From Camelus dromedarius (Eukaryota), in NCBI RefSeq assembly GCF_036321535.1, contig NC_087447.1, positions 49,354,001 through 49,418,000 of the forward strand: a stretch of 64,000 bases of DNA, read 5' to 3'. Below, in pieces: positions 39,801 through 51,768 of the stretch; the first letter of the stretch is position 1, and each line of letters opens with the position of its first letter. A program made the translations under genes and the position numbers. The notes beneath the pieces were generated by a model. The model saw only the letters and a list, made by a program, of their open reading frames with translations, did not search any database and was not told where the DNA came from.

Positions 39801-42800
39801 CCTGAGCCACAGAAGCCCTACCCTGAGGAATGCATATTTAATAGGGCATTCCAAATCCAGGGCCTCTCAGAAGAAGAGATTTCTGGTGGGCTATCAGAGT
39901 TGAGGATGCCCGAGGTCCTTCAAATCATACTCAGGCCTCAGTCCAAAGGGCCAACTCTGCTAAGAAGGAGAGGAGCATGGGGGAGGACAGGGAGAAGCAA
40001 GGTGGAAAAAGGAAAACTTTATACAAATTACCCTGTTAATTTTTGTAACAATTTTGAGAGGTAGCTTCTATTATCTTTATTGTAGAGAAAACCACAGCAT
40101 AAAGAAGGCAATGATTTGTCCAGGATCACAGTCAGGAAATTATGGAGACCATATCTGAAGCTGGTTCTATCTTAGGTATGGTCACAAAGTCTGCTTCAAC
40201 CATCTGGCCCTGACAGGTTCTAATCCCATGACCTGCTCAGGCCAGGGGAGCAGAGCCAGGGGCCTTGGGTTGGATTCACACAGTCCCAAACCCTGACAAG
40301 ATCTGAAAAGCCCCGGCAAACCCCCAGGGCCCTCTGCTCACTGCCTGCCTGCCCTCCAAGGTCAGGCCTGCAGCTCAAAGACCTGCGACTCAGCAGGGCT
40401 AATTGCTGGCATCATTCCAGCAGGCCAGGGTGCCCACCCCCAGATCAGAAGTTCCTTCCACATGCAGGCCCTTCTCTCCAGCCTCCCCTCCCACTACTTA
40501 CTCACACATACCCTAAGTCCCAGATCACACACCATCTGTTTCAGGGTTTGCCCACACTATTCCTTCCTTCCTGGAATGCCCTTCCTACCCTGCCTATCTG
40601 TCCAACTCTTACCCATCCTTCAAAACCCCAGGTCAGCTCTTCCGCCTCTGAGAAGTCCTTCTTCATCACCTTGTTCATCCTCACCGTTCTGCCAACTTCT
40701 GCTTCCCTGGCTGCTCCTCCAACCATTCATTCTACAAATATTTATTGAGCATCTGCCTTGCTCCAGGCACAGTGCAAGGTGCTAGAGGGGCAAGGCTGAG
40801 TTCCGTCAGGCTAGGATATGGGTCTGCTTCATTCTATGAGTCTCTGCCAGGAGGGTGACAGAGAGGGGGACCGGTGAGGGTCCCCAGGGAGTGATGAGAC
40901 CTCAGCTGGAGATTTGAAAAGGTAGTGCAAATGCTACATTTCAGGCCACTGCCAAGTTGTGGGGAGCAGCTACCCAATGCCCTTGGCAAAGCAGCATAAA
41001 ACTACTACCAAATGAACACAAGACATTTACGTGCATCTGTGCCAAGGGGCTGCACTGGCTGTGGGCTCCCCAGGAAACCGAGGGCCAGAGGGGGACAGGG
41101 AAGAACCCCGAGCAGGAGGCAGCCCTGAAGTGGGCCTGCAGCCTCCTCTCCCAAGAAATGTGTGAATTAAACAGTGAACGAAGGAGGAGTCAATGTGCCC
41201 CCACCCTGAAGTACGTGCCCTGCGGACCCCTCCTTGGGGGCGGAAGGCATTAAGGGCGCACTCTGGAAAGCCACAGCCCACAGAAGCCCCAGGCGGGGGA
41301 GGATGGCTGCTGCCCGCACAAGGAGGAGAAAGGCTGGAGTGGAGCCAGGCTGGCAGAGGAAACATCTTGAGAGGGAAGAGGGAGGAAGGGAGGAGGAACG
41401 AGAAAGGAGGAAAGAGCCAGACATGCAAACACCTCCGTCTCCTCTTTCCAACCAAAACAGAATCCCCAGCAGACTGAGACCTGTGAGGAAGGAGACAGGG
41501 AATGAAGCTGGGGCCTCAGAGGGGCGGGTGGCTGGAAGGCGCCCAAGGCTGGAGTCTCTAGAAGCTGGGTAGCCCTGCCAGGGATGAGGGGGGTGGGGAG
41601 GCCCAGGGTTCACCCAGCTCTGTCCCACAGGGGCTGAGGCTCAGAGAGGGAGAGGATGTGGACTCCACCTGGTCACTCCTACTGCTCCTTCAAGACTCAC
41701 TCAGGTACCAACTCTTCCCAAAGCCCCTGGGCCCAACCTCTGGGCTGGGCTGGGCTCCAACATAAGAGTTAGCACATACTCAAAAAATACTGCACAGCAA
41801 AACTGATCTGATGGAGGAGTCCAGGCCTAACCTGTAGAAAGCCAACAGTCTGGTGGGAAACCCAGGGAATTCAAAGGAGGGAGTGCGGGCACCAAGGCAG
41901 CTCTGGACTCCCAGATAGCCAGGGACTGTCAGGCACTTGGGGCCATCCACAAAGCCTTAATGGAGGCCTTTTCCTCTGATAGGACACGCTACTGGGATAG
42001 GAGTCAGGAGGAGCCACGGGACTGGGGAAGAAGGAGGCATCATCTTTGCCCCCTACTCCCACTACATACACACCCACACATCCTCAGCGCTTGGGGTGGA
42101 GGGGCTTCCAGGGACCTGGGCTCTGGGACTTGGACAAATCCCTTGACATCTCCAGGTCTCACCTATACAATGGGGGCTCCCCATCCCCCTTTCCTCTCAG
42201 GAGAGCCACAAGGAGAAGGACAGCCCTCCAAGCAGGTGAGAACTGAGGCCTCTGGTATGACTTTAGCACGTGGGAGAGACTCTCACCCCACCTCCTACTT
42301 CCATCCCATTCCTGCCCCGCTAGCATCTTCCTTCCTCAGGCCTCCATCACGGTACAGAGCCTGGGAGACAGAGGCTTTGGTCGGGAGAGTAGGTAGCCAG
42401 CCCTGGGGCCCAAGGGGAAGAATGGCCCCAAAGCAGATCCACTTCCTGTTTCTAGGGGCTTGTCTCTCCTTCTTCCCTTCCTGCTGGAGGAAAATCCCCC
42501 TCCCTACCCATGTTCTTGCCATGATCGTGATGACTTGTGTCTGGACTTTCCCTCAGCTGACGGGCTCTAAGCTGCTGCAACACAGGGGTCCTTCTTTCTT
42601 TCACTTTTTTATTACAGCAAACCAGTCTGCCTCCGCTGAAACCTTCACTTGCTAGAGGTCAAGTGACCCCCCTCCCTCAGCCTGTTTCCTCTTCTAAAAA
42701 GAAGGAGCAACAATAGGGCCTACCCCATAGGATTGTTCTGAGGATTAAATGTGCCTGCCACCTAGTAATATATATTAGCTCTTATTACTAATAATAACAG

Positions 42801-43734
42801 TCAACAAATATCGAGTGCCTATTGTGTGTCAGATGCTGTTGGTCACCAGGGACACGTGGTGACGAGGGCAGATCTGTGCGATGGTCCCCTCCTGGAGGGG
42901 AAGACAGCAGGGCTCTGTGTTGCCTAACTCTGGGGGGTGCATGGCATAGACCACGGTGCCAATGGTGTCCCTTGCACACGTGTGACACAATAGTTCTGCA
43001 AGACAGATAGCGAACAAGTGGGCTAGCAGTAAGTACGCAGTGACTCTCAGGCTACACGCTGTCAAGTGCGGTGCTCCACGAGCACAGGGAGGGTGACTGA
43101 CCAGCCTGAGAGGTTGAGCTAGGAGCTGAAGAAGAGGCAGTAATAACCCTGAAAGGGGTCAGGGATGGGGATGCTGCATTGAAGCAAAATGAAACAAAAC
43201 CTGCATCGCGAAGGCTCTAGGGAAGAAAGGTGCTGAGGGAGATGGTAGGTGAGGCCAGCAGGGCTCGGTCACCAGGCAGCCTTGGTCAGGAGTTGGGATT
43301 TCACTGTTGCCGTAAGACGGCAGCAGGGTTTCAGCAGGGAATGGACACAATGTGATTGTACTTTAATATGCTCACTTCAATGGCTGGGTGGAAAAATGGA
43401 AGGGCAGAGAGGCTAGAGTGGACAGAGGGAGACCAGTTAAAAGCAGGATTAACAAGGCTGCCTTGGGTTCAGATCCAGGATCTGCCATTTATTCACTAGA
43501 AGACAGATCACAACAGCACTTGCCTCCTTGGGTTGTCATGAGGATCAAATGAGCAACTGCACGTATGTAAAGAGCTTGGGACAATACCTGGCCCGTGGAG
43601 AGTGCGGTGTGTTTAGCTGGTATTATTCATCCAGGTGAAAAATGAAGGTGGCCCAGACTAGAGAGGTAGCCGAGAGAGAAAGAGAGAAACAAGGCCAGAC
43701 GCCAGGGATAGTATCACCAGGTCCTGCTGGAAGC

Positions 43735-43905
43735 ACCCAGCTGCTGCAGCCCAGTGCCAGCTGCAACCACAGGAGAGGCCCTGAGCCCCAACCACCCAGT
43801 GACCTCTTCCCACATTCCAGACCCACGGAAACCGGGAGATAAGGAGATGGATGTTGTTTTGAGCTACTGTTATTGGGTGATTGGTTATGTAGCAAAAGAT
43901 AAATG
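43735..43905 (+). mobile_element. MLT1 (E/F-like) LTR 3' fragment
   Basis: attccagacccacggaaaccgggagataa...gttgttttgagctactgttattgggtgattggttatgtagcaaaagataa. Confidence 0.65.
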
Positions 43906-44089
43906 GAACAATTCATGTTGAGAGTTACCCAGAGGGAAACTCCTCTCCCCCAACAGGAAAGAAGGTGCCCCTTAGGTGCCAGAAAGGTGTGCGGGGGAGG
44001 GGAAAGGGGAGGGGGCAGCCCCAGCCCGGCATCTCTGCGGCCTCCAGGATTCTGCCCTTGGGAAGTGATCATATTGCTTCAAAGCTAAT

Positions 44090-44460
44090 CATTCCAGCAT
44101 TATTTAGAATAGCCAAAAAAAAAAAAAAAGTGGAAATAATGTAAATGCCAAATAAGGGGATGGTTCAATAAATGGTGGAGCATTCATAAGAGGAACTCAT
44201 GTCATTAACAAACACGGATATTTGGATAAGTTAAGGACATGGGAAATGCTGAAGGAAAAAAAGCAGTAATCCAAGTGCCATGCACAGTTTAAGCACGATT
44301 GTGTTTGAACACCCAGGCACATGCACGCACACACGTACACATACACACATAGCAAGGAGCTCAAAGACCACCCTCCAATTTTTTTTAATGTTCTAAGTGA
44401 TGAGATTATGGATGATTGCTGTCTTCTCCCTGTCCAAATGTAAAGGGTTTTGTGTTTTTT
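44090..44460 (+). mobile_element. old L1ME-like 3' fragment
   Basis: gcattatttagaatagccaaaa...tggaaataatgtaaatgccaaataagggatggttcaataaatggtgg motif. Confidence 0.6.
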
Positions 44461-46524
44461 AAAGTAATTATTGAAAGGTAAATGTCAGTTCTTTCAAATG
44501 TTCCCTCAGAACACTGGTCATTCCCCTCAAGGATGACAGCACTAGAATGGCAGCCGGTGGGGGTAAGGGTTCTCACCTGCTTTGGTCACGGCTGGTGCCG
44601 GATGCTAAAATGGTGCCTGGGACAGAGCAGGCCCCCGGCCAGCATTTGCAAGGGAGTGAATGAATGGTGCAAATCAGACGCCCAGCATCCCTGTCTGGGC
44701 AGCCTCCCTCATCAGCCCTCAGGCAGGGACCACGTCCCACCCCACTCTGTGTCCCCAGGGTTCAGCATAGGCCTGGCACTGAGCAAAGACAAATGAATGA
44801 ATGAAGGGCTGAATAAATGAATATTCTGGCAAAGCAACTCTCCTTGATCATAGTGCATTGAGCTCTCCAGAGCCAGGATCTGTGTGTGTCACAGGGTGGT
44901 GCCTGTGCCTGGGAGAGAGAAGAGGATAAGAACACATCGGGGCTTTCTGTCCCTCCCTTCCTCCTCAGGCCCTCCCTGTTCAGCTGTGACTTTGCCTGTT
45001 AGGTCCCTACTTCCACCACCAGGGAGGAGTTCTGGAATGCCTGGCTCAAACTACTCAAGTCATAGCTTTGTTTTTAAAAGAAGAGGAGAGAGAACAAGCT
45101 CCTCCCTGGAAAGACTTTTCTGCCCTTTTGCCCTGGGACAACCTCGGGGACGTCTGGGAGGGAAGCCAGCAGGTGGAGACTGAGTTCCAGGAGGGGAGAG
45201 GAGGGCAGGTGGCTGGAGTGTGAGGTGGCGGGGTGGGGGGTGCAGGTGTTAGAGGGCGGTGCTGGGGTGGGGCAGGTACAAGAGCTGAACAAGATTCCTC
45301 AGGGGGTGAATGGGAGTGAAAGCGGCCAGGTGGTAGTGTGTGTGTTGGTTGCTTATCACAGTGAGGGCAGCAGAGGTGACGCGCTGAGGATGGCAGTGGA
45401 AAATGTGTCAACATGGAGTGGGTGACAGAGCGGGGAGAAGCAGCAGCTAGAATCAGATGGTTTTAGTCCAGGAGGGCTGCGGTCAGACTCAGCCTGAGTG
45501 ATTACTGGTGGGGGGAGACCAACGGGGGCTGGCCGTGCCTGAAGGAAGGCAGAAGCCCAATCCTGAAGGCTGGAGCTCAGGCTGGATCCCCCAACCTCTA
45601 CTGTCCCAAATGCCAGCCTAAAAAAGACTGTCTACTTTTTATAAATCATACCTCAGCAGACGTGACATCTCAGACCTGTCATAAAATAGGCTAGTAAGCT
45701 ATGTGGCTCAGAGGTCTGGAGGCCAGAAAATGCTGAGAAGAACCCCAGAGCACAGCCATCCTGCCTCTCCCTTGACAGGTAGGGAAACTGAGGCCTGGGC
45801 AAGTCCTCCCTCCAAGCCCAAGGCACCAGCCTCCTAATCCAGGGAGTTTTCAAGAGGAGGCCCGCCTGATCCCAGGGGAGACAGTGCTTGTGCAAGCAGC
45901 TCTGGAGAAGCAGGAGGTGATGAACAATTTTCATTAACAGCTGAAGCTGCAGGCACAGCAAGGGGAGGAGGGTACCAGGACGTGAGGGAGCTCCTGAGAG
46001 CAGGCCCTGAGTCATGCTCACAGCTGTGTCCCCAGAGAATGCAGCCTTGGGCCTGGCTCAGTGGGGGTGCTCAGTAAATGAACAAATAAATTAAAATGTG
46101 AATGAGTGATAGTAACAGTAGCTAACACTTACACGGTACTTACTTTGTGCCAAGCACTATTCTAAGCACTTTACAAATATTAACTCGCTTAATACTCATG
46201 AAAACTTTAAAGGTTTCTATAGTAAAAATTCTAGATTCCCGTAATAAAAATTTCATTATTCCCATTTTACAGATGGGGAAACCAAAACAAAGAGGGGGTG
46301 GAATAGCCTGCCCAAGGCCACACAGCTTTGCACCCAGGCAGTCTTGTTCCAGAACACTTGGTCTTAACCAGGCTGCCAAAGTGCCATCCCCTGGACACCT
46401 TTACCCTGTCATGGCTGCTCGCTCTGCCCACTCCTTGTCCAGTAGCCTCACCCCAACATCCATGTCTCATCTTCAGTACCCCTTCCTCAAGATGCTGCCT
46501 TTTTTTTTTTTTTGATTAGCCATT

Positions 46525-47000
46525 TTTTAAAAAATTATTGAGGTAAAAATCACATCACATAAAATTTACCATTTTAAAGTGAACAATTGGTGGCATTTAT
46601 TACATTCACAATGTTGTGCAAAACCACCACCTCTATCCAGAGCCAAAACATTTCCATCCCTCCACAATAAAATCCATCACTCCTAAGTGGTTTTTTCCCC
46701 CAGCCTCCCCTCCCCTCAGAACCAGCAACCACCAATGTCCACTTTCTGTGTCTATGGACATATCCATTCTGGACATTTCAAATAAATGGAATCATACAAT
46801 ATGTGACCTTTATGTCTGCCTTTCACTTGGCACAATGTTTCCAAGGTTCATCCATGCTGCAGCATGCATCAATACTTCATTCCTTTTTATGACTGACTAA
46901 TAACACTCCATGGTATAGACAGACCACAGTTTGTTTACCCATGCATCCATGGGTGGACATTTGGGCCATTTGTTTCCACTTTCTGGCTACTGTGAATAGT
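46525..47000 (-). mobile_element. L1M 3' UTR fragment (antisense)
   Basis: attgaggtaaaaatcacatcacataaaatttaccattttaaagtg...tggacatttgggccatt: typical reverse-complement L1MB/MC 3' end. Confidence 0.85.
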
Positions 47001-50000
47001 CCCTTGCTGCCTTTTGATCCTCACCATGACCCTGTGGGTGAGGGCTAGTGTTCTGTCTCAGTTTCCAGAAAGCAACACCGAGGTTCATTCATGGTAGAGA
47101 CAGTGACTTGGACTGAAGCCCCCTGCCTCCCAGACTAGAGTGTCCTTCCCTACGTCCTCGTGTTCAATCAGCCATTCACCCATCCCCCGGGTCACACCTT
47201 CCCCAGGCATCAGTTACCACATACCAGGCTCCGCACCGGGTGCTAGTGACACAGAGTGGACGGCTCAGGCTGGGCCCCAGTCTCCACCACAGCCTGAAGC
47301 CCTAGATATAAGCCCTGCCCAGCCCAGGGGCTCCAGGATCCAGGCCCAGCATGTTCAGAATGGGTACATTTTCCTCCCTGGACTCAGCTTGCCTCCCTCC
47401 AAAGAGGGAAGATGGCCCCCAGCAGAAGGCTCTAGAGGTCTGCACAGCAGGACTGTGGGGTGGAGCAGGAGCTGCTGGGCTGAAAGGGCCTTCAGAAAGC
47501 ACAGAACTCACAGCCCTGGAACTGGGTGGGGAATCAGGACAGTGGGGAGAGTCTCCCCTGCCAGTCAGTCATTTCCCTCTGAGACAAAAATGCATTAGAA
47601 GAAGCGCTTTGCCAGGGTCCTCACTACGCCTTCCTGCTGTGTAGCCTTGAGCCAAACCTTCTCTGAGGCCTCTCAGCCCAAAGGCAGGGGCCCGAGGATC
47701 TCAAATTTCAGATTCTGGTCTGGAATCAGTAGGGTGACCCTTCCTATTGAAGAGTGCTTCCATTTGAGCCATCTCTTTGTGTAAGATGCGGTGGCTATGG
47801 CCACTAGAGACCCTGAGAAGCCACCCGCTTCCTAGCCCTCCAAGCAACCTCCTGCAGCCAACATGAGCCTGTTAATGGAACCAGACTGAGGGGGTTCCCA
47901 GCATTCAGTGCAGGGACAGTCTCAGCTCAGTCACTAACAGTCACCACTGCCTCCTCAGGCCCCCTTTACACATGACAGGGGCCAGACACATACGTGATGA
48001 ATGAATAAATTAATGAACGATCAAACAAACATTTCCTCGGTGATTTCCCAACATCTCCCCTCACTTCTCTAGTCCATTGTTCTACACAGCTGTCATGTGA
48101 ACCCTCAGATCCTGCCACTCCTGCAAGCTGTGTGTCCTTGGGAAAATTCCTTAATTTAGCTGAACCTCAATTTCCTCATCTGCAAACAGGGATTCTACTT
48201 GTGGGGTTTTTGAGGAAGATTAAAAAAGAGAGAGAGCCTAGGCCCAGCATCTCAAGGGCTAAGGAGGAGTCCAGGAAAAGCTGTTGAAGGAAAGCTGTTT
48301 CTCTTTGGCACCCCACCCCACCCAACCCCCATCCCCAGCCCTAATCCTCTAATCCTGCTTTGTTCCAAAGTCTGGAGGAAAGAGCCTAGCCCCTGGGCCA
48401 GCCCTGTCTGGATGTAAATGTTTATGTCAAGCCCAGCCTCCCAGGGACAAGTTACTTGCTCTGCTTGTAATTAATTGCAGAAGGCCCGACTGGGTGATAA
48501 ACTCCGCTGGGGAAACATAAACAGTTTGTACAGAGTTCCAAATCCATTGTGAGACCAGCAGAGAGGGTCTATGAGGAATGGAATGTTCTCCCCAGTCTCC
48601 TCCCAGCCAAAGGCCATGAGGTCACTGAAGGTCAGAACCAGAAGGACCCTGGAGATCATTTGAAAAACAGGAGTTGACATGATGGGGTGCTCAGCTTGTT
48701 TCAGGCACAGCTGAGGACTTGATTATCTGGGACCACTATTCTGCCCATTTTAAAGATGAGGAAACTGAAGCTGAAAGAGGCAGGGTGACTCACCCCCAAC
48801 TAGAAAGAGCCTGGGCCGGGAGGGACACGAGATCTGACCTCAGAGAAGAGAAAGAAAAGGACAGCCACTCACCCCACAAAAATGTACATGCACCCCTTGT
48901 GCAAGGCACTGGGACCTGGGGACACAGCTACTGTGGCCCTTGCATTCCAGTGGGGAGAGGCGGATCTCAAAGGCTGACCAGTGATTTGATTACAGGAGTG
49001 CTAAGCACGTAGAAAAAAAGAAAACCAAGTCACTGGTGCAGAGGGTCCCAGCAAGTTACAAGTGGCCATTCAAAGTCTGTAAGGCAGAGACCACACAGTA
49101 GGCCTCAGGCAGGAGAACATAGTAGGTGCCCAGTGAGTTTCTGGCTAAAACTTAGTGCTCTTTTCTTTGAGCCAGTGCAGCTTCTCGCCAACCAATTCAA
49201 GGTGTATAGAAGGTACTGTGCCAGGGCTGGGGTGTGATGATGGACAAGCAGAACACAACCTTTGCCCCCGGGAGCCCACAATCCAACCGAGGGCACACAC
49301 AAATGAGTAAAAGGGTGCGGAGCGACACAGGTTGATGAGGGTCATGGAGCAGGGGAGAGGAGCAATCAGCATTTACTGAGTACCTACTGTGTGTCAGGCA
49401 CTGTGCTAAGTCCTAGATTATCTCATTTAAGCCTTACCACAACCCTGGGGTGCTGGGGAAGGATATTATCACCCCCCTTTTGAAAATGAGGAAACTGAGG
49501 TTCAGAAAGATTATATAATGTTCTCAAGGTCACAGACATAACAAGCAATAGGGATGGGATCTGAAATCTGTCCTGACACCAAAACCAGGTTTTTTCCTCA
49601 TAGCACCCACCCCTATCTCCTCCTCCCTCACCTCCCTGAAGGGCACACTGAGGTTTGAAGTTGAGAGGGGCAGGAGGCAACCACCACTAGTCCACCCTTC
49701 CCCAACCGACCCTGCCAGCCTGGCTTCCTTTCTGATCAGGAAAGGTCAGCTGAGCCTGCCAGGCTCCTCACCACCATCACCTCCCCTACAGCAGCAGGAA
49801 AGGTCAGTCCAGACTTCCACCCTGCCCCTCCTCCACAAAAGGGCCACTCAGTTGAGGACAGCTCCTCCCCAGGGAGCTTCATAGCTGATAAACACTTTCA
49901 GACTCTCAGCTCATCTGACCACCAGCACCCCACCCCAGCAGCCGGCATCCCCAACGCTCAGCACCAGCACAGGTGAATCTGACAGCAAGACTGGCTCCAT

Positions 50001-50583
50001 TCCAATAGAATGGGCGGGCTCCCCGAGCCATTTCCATGTAGCTTCCACCAACATTTACTGAGCTCCCATGATAAGGCAGGGGCTGTGCCAGGCAGTTACA
50101 TCTGTGGTACATTATTTAAAACTTTCCACAGCCTTTTTAGGTAGGTATCATGCCCATTTCACAGATGAGTAAGACTGAAGGCAGAAAGTCCTTTCCAGTC
50201 TCTTACTGACACAGCAAGCAGGAGCTGTGGGTTTGGCCTGGCCCAGAATTGGCTCCCCCAGAAGCCTTTCAGGTCCTGCCTCAGCAGGGAGGCCTCTAAC
50301 TGATGACAAGGTCCACAGTGGGATGAAACCTCCCTGAGGACATGCAGCAACATGGCACCAATCTCCTGGCACAAAGGACCCCTGGTCAGAGGAGGGGCAG
50401 ATCCAGGCTTGAATGGGCCCGAAGCTCATGTAGTCTGGAAGTTGTCTTTAAAAAAGAGGACAGAAAATATCTTCTTCCTTTTGTGCATTTCACAACCCCC
50501 CTGAGCCCGTGGACACCTTGCTAAGCCTTGGAAAGGGCCCTGGAGCACGCAGGCCTGAAGCTGAAGCTGCACCAGCCTCACGG

Positions 50584-50678
50584 TGAATCCGCCTCTGGGC
50601 TGGAGGAAGGGCCCAGAGGCGATCCGAGCACTACCCGCCTTCACAAAGGCCCTGCCTCCAGCCCAACAGACAGACGAG
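50584..50678 (-). ncRNA. MIR326: miR-326 stem-loop; mature 3p CCUCUGGGCCCUUCCUCCAG at 50600-50619
   Basis: Reverse complement CUCGUCUGUCUGUUGGGCUGGAGGCAGGGCCUUUGUGAAGGCGGGUAGUGCUCGGAUCGCCUCUGGGCCCUUCCUCCAGCCCAGAGGCGGAUUCA matches the mammalian mir-326 hairpin as I recall it; same strand as the host gene. Confidence 0.96.
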
Positions 50679-51672
50679 GCTCCGGAACAATCCTTCTTCT
50701 TGTCACGTGTCCCGCTGCTACTAAACCCTCCCAAGTCTGTCTGTCCATCTCTCTCATGCCATGGTTTCAGAAGCAGCAGAGCTCACCTGAGTGCAAGGCC
50801 TTCCCACAGGGTCTGTGTGTTCACATGGACAGCATCGCTGGAGCACAACCCTGAGGATCCTTCCAGGCCTGGGTGGGCAGGGTTGGCCCCCACCTGTGCC
50901 TGGAACCCTGGCAGGCTGGCAGACGCAGCTCTACCAAGAACCGCATCCCCAAATCTTTGAAGGCTATGACACTGCTGACCAAGTGTTCCCACATCCCACT
51001 GAGCGCACACAACAGCCCTACAGAAGCAGACAACAAATGACACCAGTTGTGCACCTACTATGTGCTAGACATGCCGAGGGGACGACCACAAGCGACATCT
51101 CACAGACGCACTGGCAGGAGAGGCTGTATCCCCCTGAACAGGTAGGGAACTGAGGTCCTACTCAGTCTCTGGGCCTGGGCTGAAGAACGGCGCTGCAGCC
51201 CTGCTCCCACCTCCCAGCCCAGGCCTCCACCTAGTCTCATCTCAGTCTGAAGTGGACAGCTCAGAAGGCAGTGGGCAGACACACCAGAATATAGCAGGTG
51301 GAGGAACAAGAGGCCAGCAGCTTCTGAGGCAGAAGAGCAGCTGGGGGCTCATTACAGGTCCTCCTAGAGGAAGTGGACACCAATGACTGCCTTCTCTCTG
51401 GATGAATCCAAGGAAGAGTACATGGGCCTTGGACGCCTAAACCTGCTTGAAAGCAACAGCCTTACAGACTCAGGGCCTTGTGTCTCCCCACACCCTGCAG
51501 GGAGGGCCCCATAACCACCTCCCACCTTATACTTGCTGGGCCTTCCAGATCCTTCATGAGACTACCTCTCACCCCACAAGCCAGCCGCCCAGCCCAAGTC
51601 CCACATCTGTCTTTCCCTTGTGGTTCATTCATCCATATATACATTCTACAAACCCTCATGGAGAACATAGTG

Positions 51673-51768
51673 TAAGGTGTTCAACTGCCCCATTCACCCA
51701 GGACTGAAGGTTTTCCCCAGATGTGGGACTGAGACAAACAAGGAAAATTGGGATGATTGATCACCCTA
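51673..51768. mobile_element. MER81-like hAT-Blackjack MITE
   Basis: Terminal inverted repeats taaggtgttcaac / gattgatcacccta; internal cccaggactgaaggttttccccag. Confidence 0.6.
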
